Positions 47,278 through 55,576 of a stretch of DNA of 55,576 nt are shown here, piece by piece. The stretch is from UHGV virus genome UHGV-0320443. The stretch is one strand, 5' to 3'. Origin of the DNA: a virus. The translations under genes were made by a program, and so were the position numbers. The notes beneath the pieces are model-generated. The model was not told where the DNA came from, did no database searches, and saw nothing but the letters and a program-made list of their open reading frames with translations. Positions within the stretch are counted from its first letter, which is position 1; every line of letters starts with the position of its first letter.

Positions 47278-48123
47278 CTATACTCCTCTCGCATTTGCAT
47301 ATACTAGTGTGTGTAATTGTGGTAATGGACGTACGTTGTTAAAGTCGGGATCTTCTAGAACTTTATCCCATAGCCAATGTAGCTTCTCTAATAACCGTTC
47401 CGATACATCACCTGCGGAAGTAGAGTCTTCGTTTCCTACTGATACGTACATTGGTTGAGTTCCGCACTTATCTTCATAACGTTTCACTACTGTCCGAGCA
47501 TATTCGAAATCTTCATCATTAAAGATAACTACTTTCATAGTCCAGTTAACGTTATTTTCATTCAAGCGATCGACAATTTTGTCAAGTACTCGCCAATTAG
47601 TTTTCATTAGTGAACTAGGTGGTTTAGGACTCATTACAAAGTCATCAATGTGTACGAACCAATCCTGCCAGTTCACTCCTTGTGTTTCGACAGAGAATTT
47701 GAATTCATGTTCTTGTTTCATAATCCGAATAAATTCAGCCATCTCTTCGCCTACTAGAGAAGGGTTTCCTCCAGTCAGAGTGATATGCTTACAATTAGTT
47801 CCTCCACTAGAAAGAGCTAATACTTTTTGTTCTAGTTCACGTGGAGTGATCCATTCAGGTTCTTGAGATCCATCCCAAGTAAATTTAGAGTCACACCATG
47901 AACAACTATATTGGCAGAAGGCGGTACGAACAAAAATAGTCTTTTGTCCGATAACCATACCTTCACCTTGAATCGTAGGACCAAAACATTCCATGTAAGG
48001 AATTAAACCTTTACGTTTTTCCATCTTTAATCGATCAGGTCTATAATTTTTAGGACTTTCATTATAGGCTTCGATCTTTTCTTTCAACTTTGGGTTGCTA
48101 ATGTTTTGAGTACTAGGTTTCAT
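47278..48123 (-). CDS. queE: 7-carboxy-7-deazaguanine synthase (radical SAM)
   Basis: FGPTIQGEG...AFCQYSCSWCDSKFTW shows the CxxxCxxC cluster and QueE N-terminal signature. Confidence 0.8.
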   Translation of the reverse strand: MKPSTQNISNPKLKEKIEAYNESPKNYRPDRLKMEKRKGLIPYMECFGPTIQGEGMVIGQKTIFVRTAFCQYSCSWCDSKFTWDGSQEPEWITPRELEQKVLALSSGGTNCKHITLTGGNPSLVGEEMAEFIRIMKQEHEFKFSVETQGVNWQDWFVHIDDFVMSPKPPSSLMKTNWRVLDKIVDRLNENNVNWTMKVVIFNDEDFEYARTVVKRYEDKCGTQPMYVSVGNEDSTSAGDVSERLLEKLHWLWDKVLEDPDFNNVRPLPQLHTLVYANARGV

Positions 48124-48132
48124 AATGTCCTC

Positions 48133-48690
48133 CTAATCAATCATGACTTCATCTGGATCATATTCAATTCCTTTGTGTTTGTGGATAGCATAAACCACAA
48201 GAGCACCAATACCTTGAAGAACTGTTTTAACAATAATTTGTCCGATGATAGCATTAGGTACTTGATCCCAAGTTAAAACACCCATTCCTAAAGGTGATAG
48301 ACCTATCAAGACAAAGATAGAACTGTCAATTGTTCCACCAAACAAACCACTAACAAAGATTCGTACGTACATTGGTTGCTTCAATCGAGTATAAACTTCG
48401 GTGTCCATTGATTCGGAAAAGATGAATGAGATCGCAGAAGCGAAGACCACCCATAAAGTATCCCCTAAGAAAGCAGAAACAATAGCGCTCAAGATCAACG
48501 CAGCTACAATAATTGAATAAGTCTTCTTACGTCCAAATTTGTTTTGAACTAAGTCACGAAGGATAAAAGTAAATCCGATAAAGAAAGTTCCAAACGGTAC
48601 AAAGAAAGGCCCGAATGCTACTGGTGCGAAAGTTGCTGTTACTACGTTTGCTGCTGTGATCCCTAATAAGTATAAAAGTATTCTAATCAT
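48133..48690 (-). CDS. yhhQ: YhhQ-family (DUF165) membrane transporter, putative 7-deazaguanine precursor importer
   Basis: 185-aa multi-TM protein with the YhhQ-like start ...ANVVTATFAPVAFGPFFVPFGTFF...ILRDLVQNKFG. Embedded in the que operon with 4-nt overlaps. Confidence 0.55.
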   Translation of the reverse strand: MIRILLYLLGITAANVVTATFAPVAFGPFFVPFGTFFIGFTFILRDLVQNKFGRKKTYSIIVAALILSAIVSAFLGDTLWVVFASAISFIFSESMDTEVYTRLKQPMYVRIFVSGLFGGTIDSSIFVLIGLSPLGMGVLTWDQVPNAIIGQIIVKTVLQGIGALVVYAIHKHKGIEYDPDEVMID

Positions 48691-49214
48691 TTTTGTTCTC
48701 CATTCGTAGTTAGATTGAAATTAGTATCCATAAAGTTTTCGCCATCAAAGAACACAACATTTTCGAACATGTTTTCACTGATAGATAAAATACTTTTGAA
48801 CATGTAGTTGCGATAGTCGTCACGATGAATCATAGCAGAACCAGTAGGCGTCTCCCATAAAGCAACTCGCCATACAGGTAGATCATGTTTATGACACCAC
48901 CACATAATGAACAAGGCCATATTTTCCGCAGTCGTCCTAAAGCCAAAGCGAACAAATTTTGTATCGATAGATTCCATAACTGGTTCATTGCCTTGAGCTA
49001 AGAATGCATGATCTAAATGATCTAGCAATGGTTTGATCTTTTCTTTAACATCAGTAAAGTCCATTACCATACCACTTGACGACCCACGATGCTCTAATTC
49101 GCCTTTCATTGATACTTGTAATTTGTAAGTATGGCCATGCACATTAGCACATTTACCATTATGTCCTACTAGTTGGTGAGCTGAATCAAAGGTAAATTCT
49201 TTTGTGATTATCAT
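48687..49214 (-). CDS. queD: 6-carboxy-5,6,7,8-tetrahydropterin synthase
   Basis: TKEFTFDSAHQL...CANVHGHTYKL contains the QueD/PTPS motifs. The start overlaps the queC stop (TAATG). Confidence 0.8.
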   Translation of the reverse strand: MIITKEFTFDSAHQLVGHNGKCANVHGHTYKLQVSMKGELEHRGSSSGMVMDFTDVKEKIKPLLDHLDHAFLAQGNEPVMESIDTKFVRFGFRTTAENMALFIMWWCHKHDLPVWRVALWETPTGSAMIHRDDYRNYMFKSILSISENMFENVVFFDGENFMDTNFNLTTNGEQK

Positions 49215-49954
49215 TAGAATAATCCTCCTTGATAAGCATAAGATTGACAACCTGCCCAATCAATATAGTTTTCATATTTAACTGGATCTACAATATGATT
49301 GTATTTGAAAGCATTAACACGATCAATACATGTACCACAATGACCACATTGATCTTCATGCCCTTCGTAACAAGAACGAGTCAAGTGTAAAGGAGCGCCT
49401 AATTCTAATCCTAAAGTAACTACACCAGCTTTGTTTTTCATTAATAGAGGAGCATCAAGATTTACTTTATGTCCTGAGCCTGCAAAGATCGCACGATCCA
49501 TTGCTTTGTAAAATTCTGGAGTACAGTCCGGATAAGCTGAACCAGCTGCATCATCTGAATGAGCTCCATAAACAACTTTGCTAGCACCAATGCTATATGC
49601 ATATGCTGCGGCTTGACTTAACATTAAACCGTTTCGGAAAGGAACATATGAATCAACAGTACCTTCACCATTTTCTTCAATAATTTCTGCATAGCTCTTA
49701 TGAGATAATTCTCCATTGCCTTTAAGCAAAGTGCTATCACTCTTTGAAAACAGCTGCGGATCTACTGTTAGTACTACGTGCTCCACGCCATATTCTTTTG
49801 CTACGTTTTTTGCATTCTCGATCTCATTGTCATGTTTTTGACCATAAGAAAAAGACAGTGCGTGGACATTATCAGGTCCTACTTTCTTTACACTGTCTGC
49901 CAAACACACCGTGGAGTCCAAGCCACCACTTAATAATACTACTACTTTTGTCAT
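49214..49954 (-). CDS. queC: 7-cyano-7-deazaguanine synthase
   Basis: VVLLSGGLDSTVCLA PP-loop and C-terminal CGHCGTC zinc motif. Start re-set to MTKVVV (GAGGA RBS). Confidence 0.85.
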   Translation of the reverse strand: MTKVVVLLSGGLDSTVCLADSVKKVGPDNVHALSFSYGQKHDNEIENAKNVAKEYGVEHVVLTVDPQLFSKSDSTLLKGNGELSHKSYAEIIEENGEGTVDSYVPFRNGLMLSQAAAYAYSIGASKVVYGAHSDDAAGSAYPDCTPEFYKAMDRAIFAGSGHKVNLDAPLLMKNKAGVVTLGLELGAPLHLTRSCYEGHEDQCGHCGTCIDRVNAFKYNHIVDPVKYENYIDWAGCQSYAYQGGLF

Positions 49955-50581
49955 ATTCCTTTTCCTCATTTCATTTTTTATTTTATCCTGGTGGTTTGTT
50001 TCACCAGTCTAACTGGACCGGAGAGGAATCGCACCTCTCAATTAACTAAAGTAATATATGAGCGCTCACTACATTACCGTCGATCCAAAAAGAAAAACTA
50101 AATAGAAACCGTTACCTGAGAGAGATGTTGGGAGCTCATACCGCGAATTTGTGTTTTGTGATGAGTATGAGACTTATTTTTTAGAAAAAACTCAGGAGAG
50201 CTCCCTTGAGCGGATTTATTACACGGGACTAAAGCTCTACCGTGATCAGTCTTTCCTGACAGCCAATAACTACTGCACACTTGTACTCAATGTGATGCGG
50301 TGAGCAAGTTATACGAGCTTGCTCCATTGATGCAAATGCGACATACAACTTTATTTATTATTCGTACAACAAATGACTTTTCCCCAACGCGCTTGAGTTG
50401 ATTAATCATTTATTTTGTAGAGAGTTTTCCCAGTAACGATTTCATATTTAGTTTTCAATGTTGCGCACTATGATTGAAAAAGTTGAATTTCATGTATTTG
50501 ATTGAGACAGAAAGGCAAAGTTAGTCAACCAGAGTGTTACGCGAACTTAGTTATTTGATGGCCATCATTTAACTATACTTA
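49955..50581 (-). ncRNA. long structured 5' leader / candidate regulatory RNA of the que operon
   Basis: About 600 nt between a good promoter and queC with no credible ORF, GC above background and several stable hairpins (for example 50021-50039, 49988-50007, 50130-50205). Confidence 0.3.
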
Positions 50582-50610
50582 ATTATAACATATAATCATC
50601 ATGACCTCAA
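50582..50610 (-). promoter_or_regulatory. promoter TTGAGG-17-TATAAT directly after the primase stop
   Basis: On the minus strand, the -35 is at 50610-50605 and the -10 at 50587-50582. Confidence 0.45.
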
Positions 50611-50625
50611 CGGGCGAAATTCGTG

Positions 50626-53595
50626 TTATTTCATTTTAATGATTTGTAGAATCTCGTCCTCACGCTTCGACCGGAACTCCCGCAGTTGTTCATTCCATTT
50701 ATGAGTGACTCGATACACACTAGAGTTACCACCAGTATGAACGTAAATGATTTGCAAGTCAATCATGATCTTAATAGTTGCCTTAGCTTCTTCTGTATCA
50801 ATATTAAGTGTTTCTTCCAATGTCTTAGAAGTAAAGCTACCTTTGATAGAATCAACAATATTGACAACTTCTGAATTGATATGGAAGAAACGGAAAATTT
50901 TCTTCTGATCGTCTCCAGTAACAATATGACGACGTTGTTCGTCTTTAGCCATTGCTCGATAGCCTAATGTAGGATTGCTATAAATCTTTTCTAAGAAATT
51001 AGCTACGAATTCTACATGCTCCGATTTGACAATGACTTTTTCATATGTCTCATCAGTACTAAACAATCTTGCAGCACAGGCTACAGCAAGTCGACTTAAT
51101 TTAACTTTCATTGAGTTACGTTCTACAATAGATAAAGATGACCCATCATATTCGCGACCCATATTGGAAGCTTCTTTTAATAATCGACTATAAGCTTCAG
51201 CAGTAAATTCTACCTTATCATTTTCAGGTGTCAAGTAACCTTTAGCATTTCTTGACCAAGCCCACATAATTAATCGTTGACATAAGTCCTTAGTATATTT
51301 AACTGGTCCTTTAGGTAAATGAGATGTGTCTCTATTAATGATAGATTCATCGACCTCATCACGTCCAACTCCCATAGCAAAATCAAAACGAGCGATATCC
51401 TCAGACCGTCCTACTAAATCGATAATTGCTTTAGCACCGTATGGATAGTCCTTCATGTGTTTAGCACCATTACCTACACGAGGGTTAGAAATCCAAATTG
51501 ATCTTGTCCTAGCATATGCCTGACCAATCTTAGCTTTATTGATTTCTACGATACCACGAGAACGCATAGAAGACATAGCACCAAAGTCATCTTTAGATAA
51601 TCCAGATGCTTCATCTAAAATTAATAACTTACGATCGTTCTGTGGAAACTTACCCCAGGTGATTGTCCATTGATCATTACCCATTTGTTGTACAGTTCCT
51701 GTTAAACCTGTCAAACGAGTGTTCTCAACTTCAATCATATCTCCAGCTTGATAATATTCAGCCATGTACTCAGCTGTCTCAGATTTACCAGTACGTGGAT
51801 CTCCAATAGTTAACAATTCTAACCAGCCACGAGCCTGCAATTTATTATCTAAATGGAAACGCAATACAGAATGATATACCAAATCATAAGCAATGACTAA
51901 TTCTTTCCTGTCCCAGATACGAGTGTAAAGTTCTAAGTCGCTAGCAATTTCATACATCTTGTCTTCCACAGTTTGATCATCTGCGGGTTGAAAGATCTTG
52001 AGCTCTTCGATTTCTTCGGGTGTAGGTTTAAAGGCATCCATCTCTTCACGTATCGGTGTAGCCTTGGTAACTAGGTAAGCTACGTAACCCATGTCAGGAT
52101 CTGATGTACGCAATGCTTGCAATTTGTACACTCGGTTAGAAGTAACTGACTCCCTTGGCTTGTCATAAACATGGTAAGCTCTTTGTACATCAACTGAATC
52201 ATCACTAATGGTTCTGGAGAATTTTTCTACACTAGGACCAATATGCAATACTTCAATGTTGTAAGACTCAATTTCTTCAAACTTGTACATGTTATTATTC
52301 TTAGGTACACCTAAAGCTTCTTTCAATAACATTTCTCGTTTGTCATCGCTGACACCGGCAAATTTCATTGTGTCTCGAGTGATCTCAAAATTAATATCAA
52401 AGCCTTCTTTTAATTGCTTTTCAGTTAGACTACGTAGTACACATTGTCTACCAGGTACTAATTCAGGGTCATAATAATCAACAGACACTCGTAGTACTTT
52501 TGGTGCAGTAAAGATATTAGAACTTCGCCCAATAATCATAGCTTCGATCTCAATAGCTTTGTTATTGAATGCTGGATTGTAAGTTGCCTCACTAAGGCTT
52601 GTAGGAATAAATTCTGATTCTGCTAATGTACCTTTGTTGAGTTCTTTTAAATCTTCTTCAACAGTAGGGACAAATAATTTAGACTTAGTAAGTACTTCAT
52701 CATAGAAGTCATCTTTAGTTTTTCCTAGCTCAACAATAAAGTCAGTAAAATCTATATGTGGTTGAGGGTACTCACAAATCCGAACTTCGGCAGCTACCTC
52801 ACGTAAGTTTAATGCCTCACGTTCAGCACCTGATCTACCAGCATCGTCACCGTCGTAACAAATAAATACTTTCTTATCTCTAAAGTAGTGATCCATACAA
52901 CCACCCTTAGGCCATTGTCCAGCACCACCAGTTTGTGTGATTGAAGGAATGCCTAATTGTCTAGCTAATGCTGCATCGGTCTCACCTTCGAATATAACGA
53001 CCCAACCGACATTAATGAAGTCATGATCTAAAGGCCACAGATAAGATTTCGTATATGCATTCTTAGTATTAATAAATTTTGCTTTCTTAGCACCCATGCG
53101 ATACTTTCTTATATTAATAAGTTTTCCATCTAATGAATAAACAGGTATTGTATAACGCTGTGTGTCCGGATCATATCCTATTTGTCTTTGCTTGATTGTG
53201 TTTAAAGTAAATCCGCGTTTATTCATAAATTTTTCTAGGAATTTAGGGTGTTGAAGTAATGTTTGATGATATTCTTCAGCTATCGATTCATCCATAGGAA
53301 ACGCGAGTTTTCCTTTGCGTTCGAATTGCTGTTGTAGCTTAATTGATTCACCAAGAGGGAAATCATACCATTCTACTAACCAAGCAGCGATATCACCTCC
53401 GCCACCATTTTGTCCTGCATCACAGGCTTTACAGTTCCATAATCCGGTAGATAAATTTATATGCATTGAAGGGGTAGTGTCTCCGTGAAAAGGACAACAA
53501 ACTGCTACTTCTTCGTCTCCATCCATCGGCATCGGAAGTCCTGGTATATAGTCCTGATAAAATCGTCTATACTTGAACTTTGTTTCTTCTGCCAT
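50626..53595 (-). CDS. bifunctional DNA primase (zinc-finger + TOPRIM) / helicase
   Basis: CCPFHGDTTPS...CKAC (CHC2 zinc finger), VVIFEGETDA...FICYDGDDAGRSG (TOPRIM) and the C-terminal P-loop GDPRTGKS. 989 aa. Confidence 0.8.
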   Translation of the reverse strand: MAEETKFKYRRFYQDYIPGLPMPMDGDEEVAVCCPFHGDTTPSMHINLSTGLWNCKACDAGQNGGGGDIAAWLVEWYDFPLGESIKLQQQFERKGKLAFPMDESIAEEYHQTLLQHPKFLEKFMNKRGFTLNTIKQRQIGYDPDTQRYTIPVYSLDGKLINIRKYRMGAKKAKFINTKNAYTKSYLWPLDHDFINVGWVVIFEGETDAALARQLGIPSITQTGGAGQWPKGGCMDHYFRDKKVFICYDGDDAGRSGAEREALNLREVAAEVRICEYPQPHIDFTDFIVELGKTKDDFYDEVLTKSKLFVPTVEEDLKELNKGTLAESEFIPTSLSEATYNPAFNNKAIEIEAMIIGRSSNIFTAPKVLRVSVDYYDPELVPGRQCVLRSLTEKQLKEGFDINFEITRDTMKFAGVSDDKREMLLKEALGVPKNNNMYKFEEIESYNIEVLHIGPSVEKFSRTISDDSVDVQRAYHVYDKPRESVTSNRVYKLQALRTSDPDMGYVAYLVTKATPIREEMDAFKPTPEEIEELKIFQPADDQTVEDKMYEIASDLELYTRIWDRKELVIAYDLVYHSVLRFHLDNKLQARGWLELLTIGDPRTGKSETAEYMAEYYQAGDMIEVENTRLTGLTGTVQQMGNDQWTITWGKFPQNDRKLLILDEASGLSKDDFGAMSSMRSRGIVEINKAKIGQAYARTRSIWISNPRVGNGAKHMKDYPYGAKAIIDLVGRSEDIARFDFAMGVGRDEVDESIINRDTSHLPKGPVKYTKDLCQRLIMWAWSRNAKGYLTPENDKVEFTAEAYSRLLKEASNMGREYDGSSLSIVERNSMKVKLSRLAVACAARLFSTDETYEKVIVKSEHVEFVANFLEKIYSNPTLGYRAMAKDEQRRHIVTGDDQKKIFRFFHINSEVVNIVDSIKGSFTSKTLEETLNIDTEEAKATIKIMIDLQIIYVHTGGNSSVYRVTHKWNEQLREFRSKREDEILQIIKMK

Positions 53596-53615
53596 ATCTT
53601 ACTTTCCTCCGTCGT

Positions 53616-54188
53616 TTAATTTGCTGGGTCGTATTCATACAAGCACTCATTACATTGCCATGTACCGTCGCCATAATCTAAAATGTCATTGCTATTACAC
53701 TTAGGACAAAAGTCAGGCGCTTCGAGAGGTTCATCTGCGGATGTGGTCTCAGAGATGGCCGTAGGCTCGGGTTGAGGCTCTATATCAAAGACAGGGCTGG
53801 CAACATCTAAGTGCTCAGCTTCTTCAACGGTAGATGAAATGTCTTCAATAGTTTTAGTAGTGTCAAAGAACGTAGCGCCATTGTAATTAATTGATAAATT
53901 ATCACTAATTAAATCAGCAACGAAACGAGGAAGAAATTCATGTAGGCATCCTGCCCAAAACTTATCTTCAATCAGTTCTAATTGTTTCTCAGAAATAACT
54001 ACACCAATATGCACAGGTGTGAAATCAGCACGTTCGGTATTCAAATTTAATTCTCGAACTATTTGAGATACTCGTGCTGGGGTAATATCTAATTCTTCAG
54101 AAATTTGTTTTTGATTAAAACCTTCGTCGTACAGCCTCGCGACATCTTTGTATTTCTGAATCTTAGGGTGAACATTATTCTCGCTCAT
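53616..54188 (-). CDS. putative transcription regulator: sigma-70-region-4-like HTH plus C-terminal zinc ribbon
   Basis: GFNQKQISEELDITPARVSQIVREL (HTH) and CPKC...CNEC. Confidence 0.5.
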   Translation of the reverse strand: MSENNVHPKIQKYKDVARLYDEGFNQKQISEELDITPARVSQIVRELNLNTERADFTPVHIGVVISEKQLELIEDKFWAGCLHEFLPRFVADLISDNLSINYNGATFFDTTKTIEDISSTVEEAEHLDVASPVFDIEPQPEPTAISETTSADEPLEAPDFCPKCNSNDILDYGDGTWQCNECLYEYDPAN

Positions 54189-54540
54189 GAAAAATCTCCT
54201 TTATTAAAAAATAATTAGAAAAAGAAAGAAGAGACAAATTAATATCTCTTCTATATTATACACCTATTTAATTTAATTTACAATAATTTTTTTGCGATTA
54301 ATTAAATATAATTAAATATAATTATATATTTTTTCTCTTCATAGACTTTCCTATCTATAATTATATATCATTAAAATAGCAATAGCAACAAGTTTTTTCA
54401 TGACAACTATTTATGGGTGTTTAATTTTTTATATGGAAATCAACTTAAATTAAATTAACTAGAGTTGAGGAAAGAGATACAAAAAATATTCTTCTTCTTT
54501 TAAAAAACATACTATCATTATAATGTTTAAAGAAAGCAAA

Positions 54541-54570
54541 TAAAAAACCCCTATCTTTACGATAGAGGTT
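54541..54570 (-). terminator. rho-independent terminator after the 169-aa gene
   Basis: CCTCTATC-gtaaa-GATAGGGG stem followed by UUUUUU on the minus strand. Confidence 0.5.
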
Positions 54571-54577
54571 CACTTTT

Positions 54578-55087
54578 TTATTCCACTTCAAATGGTAAAT
54601 CTGCTTCTAAGCTAGGTGCATCAGCTAAAGAAGTATCTTCTCCGCTTGGTGCTTGTTCAGCTGTTGGATCGAAATCTTCATCAGCTAACTTAGCATTCTT
54701 AACTACGTTTTGTAGTTCGTCTTGATAAGTCCGAGTTCCCAAAGTAATTTTAACTACTTTACCGATCAAGTCTGATGGTGAGAATTCAAAACCAGGTGCG
54801 TTCAATTCTTCTGTTGTCCAAATGTCAGTAGCTACTAATAAACCTTTCAAGCTAAACAAAGCTTTTGGTGAATAAGAGTAGTTAGAAAACACACGACGAT
54901 TGCGAGCGCTGTTACCATTTTTGTCATGACCATCTAAAATGTTAAATTGAATTGACAAATAAGGATATTGCTTACCTTCTTTTTCCTCTGCTTCGAAAAT
55001 TGATGCGTGATATGTTCCTGCTGGCAATGCCTCAAAACTCATATCCTCTACTTCTGAAAAATTAAAACCCATTGCGACCATGTACAA
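54578..55087 (-). CDS. hypothetical protein (possible ssDNA-binding or annealing-associated protein partnering the Sak4-like ATPase)
   Basis: 169-aa ORF with an acidic C-terminal tail (DLPFEVE), positioned by synteny only. Confidence 0.35.
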   Translation of the reverse strand: MYMVAMGFNFSEVEDMSFEALPAGTYHASIFEAEEKEGKQYPYLSIQFNILDGHDKNGNSARNRRVFSNYSYSPKALFSLKGLLVATDIWTTEELNAPGFEFSPSDLIGKVVKITLGTRTYQDELQNVVKNAKLADEDFDPTAEQAPSGEDTSLADAPSLEADLPFEVE

Positions 55088-55186
55088 TTCCTCCTCTAAT
55101 TTGGTAGATAAATTAGCTCAATGAGCATCCAACTAAATGAGCTAATTTAATTATAACTTAGTATTAGCTATATTGCAACGATTATT

Positions 55187-55576
55187 TTAAACAGGTGCGT
55201 CTGAATCTATTTTGGCATCGTCCTGAGATTTTGGCTCTTCTTTTGGAGCTTCTTTCTTAGGTGTTTCTGCCTTAGGCTCTGCATGCTCAACCATTTTTTC
55301 TTTTGGCTTAGCCATAGTAGATAATTTCTTCTTACGAAGATTCTCAATAAGATCGAACATCTTAGGAATAGTAGGCATAGATAGTCCTTTTCCTAGAGCA
55401 CCAGAACGATCTTTCAATGCGGTATGTTGTCCAAATGGTTGCACATATAGATTGTTGGCGAACTCGCCAGTCTCTTTATCAACCGTAGCAGACATATAAC
55501 CAACGATATCGACATAGCCAGGAACTTCAGGAGCTAGTTTACCTGGAAGTGATGGTAATTGAGTTACTGTTCCCAT
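55187..55576 (-). CDS. hypothetical protein; the 5' end may lie beyond the window
   Basis: The ORF reaches the window edge and its C-terminus is K/E/P-rich. Confidence 0.35.
   Translation of the reverse strand: MGTVTQLPSLPGKLAPEVPGYVDIVGYMSATVDKETGEFANNLYVQPFGQHTALKDRSGALGKGLSMPTIPKMFDLIENLRKKKLSTMAKPKEKMVEHAEPKAETPKKEAPKEEPKSQDDAKIDSDAPV

Noticed and set aside
50098-50280. A 60-aa ORF inside the que leader
   Set aside because: No RBS, Cys/His/Ser-rich arbitrary sequence. The region is better explained as structured RNA.

Overview
This window reads as most of a roughly 56 kb genome of a low-GC, tailed (siphovirus-type) virulent bacteriophage; the host signals fit Firmicutes. No sequence comparison could be run, so every call rests on reading the translations and the DNA for motifs. 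Nearly all genes lie on the minus strand. Transcribed from high to low coordinates, the order is: (a) a replication and nucleotide-metabolism block at 54188-36884: sigma-like regulator, primase-helicase, a que operon (queC, queD, yhhQ, queE, folE), a MazG-like protein, a TMK-like kinase, a DpdA-like TGT-fold protein, a family-A DNA polymerase and a dUTPase-like protein. (b) A block of small, mostly membrane or DNA-binding early proteins at 36214-31809. (c) A short plus-strand island at 29692-31405 preceded by two copies of a conserved promoter element. (d) An 840 bp non-coding region with a GC-rich core and dispersed repeats. (e) A canonical head-tail module at 28847-7416: TerL, portal, scaffold, major capsid protein, neck proteins, major tail protein, chaperone pair, tape measure protein, Dit, Tal and a 1099-aa fibre. 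(f) A PBSX-like lysis cassette at 7362-4791: XkdW/XkdX-like, XhlA-like, holin, amidase. (g) A recombination module at 4068-1: RuvC-like resolvase, SNF2 helicase, Cas4/RecB-like nuclease and a Sak4-like ATPase that runs off the window start. No integrase, repressor, tRNA or CRISPR array was seen. Several gene starts were re-set to internal ATGs that have proper ribosome-binding sites. Stated coordinates may be off by 1-2 nt. Part 2 headline: the most notable system is a phage 7-deazaguanine DNA-modification cluster embedded next to the phage's own PolA, a MazG-like NTP pyrophosphohydrolase and a dNMP-kinase-like protein, which suggests nucleotide-level handling of the modified base. A promoter is followed by an unusually long (about 600 nt) structured leader ahead of queC. 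Other findings are a putative +1 frameshift heptamer (CCC_UUU_C) in the tail-chaperone pair, a pectate-lyase-type beta-helix protein in the head module, a recurring TAGTATAAT promoter element, iteron-like CCAAAA repeats, operator-like decamer repeats and two intergenic loci bounded by the same AT-rich inverted repeats.
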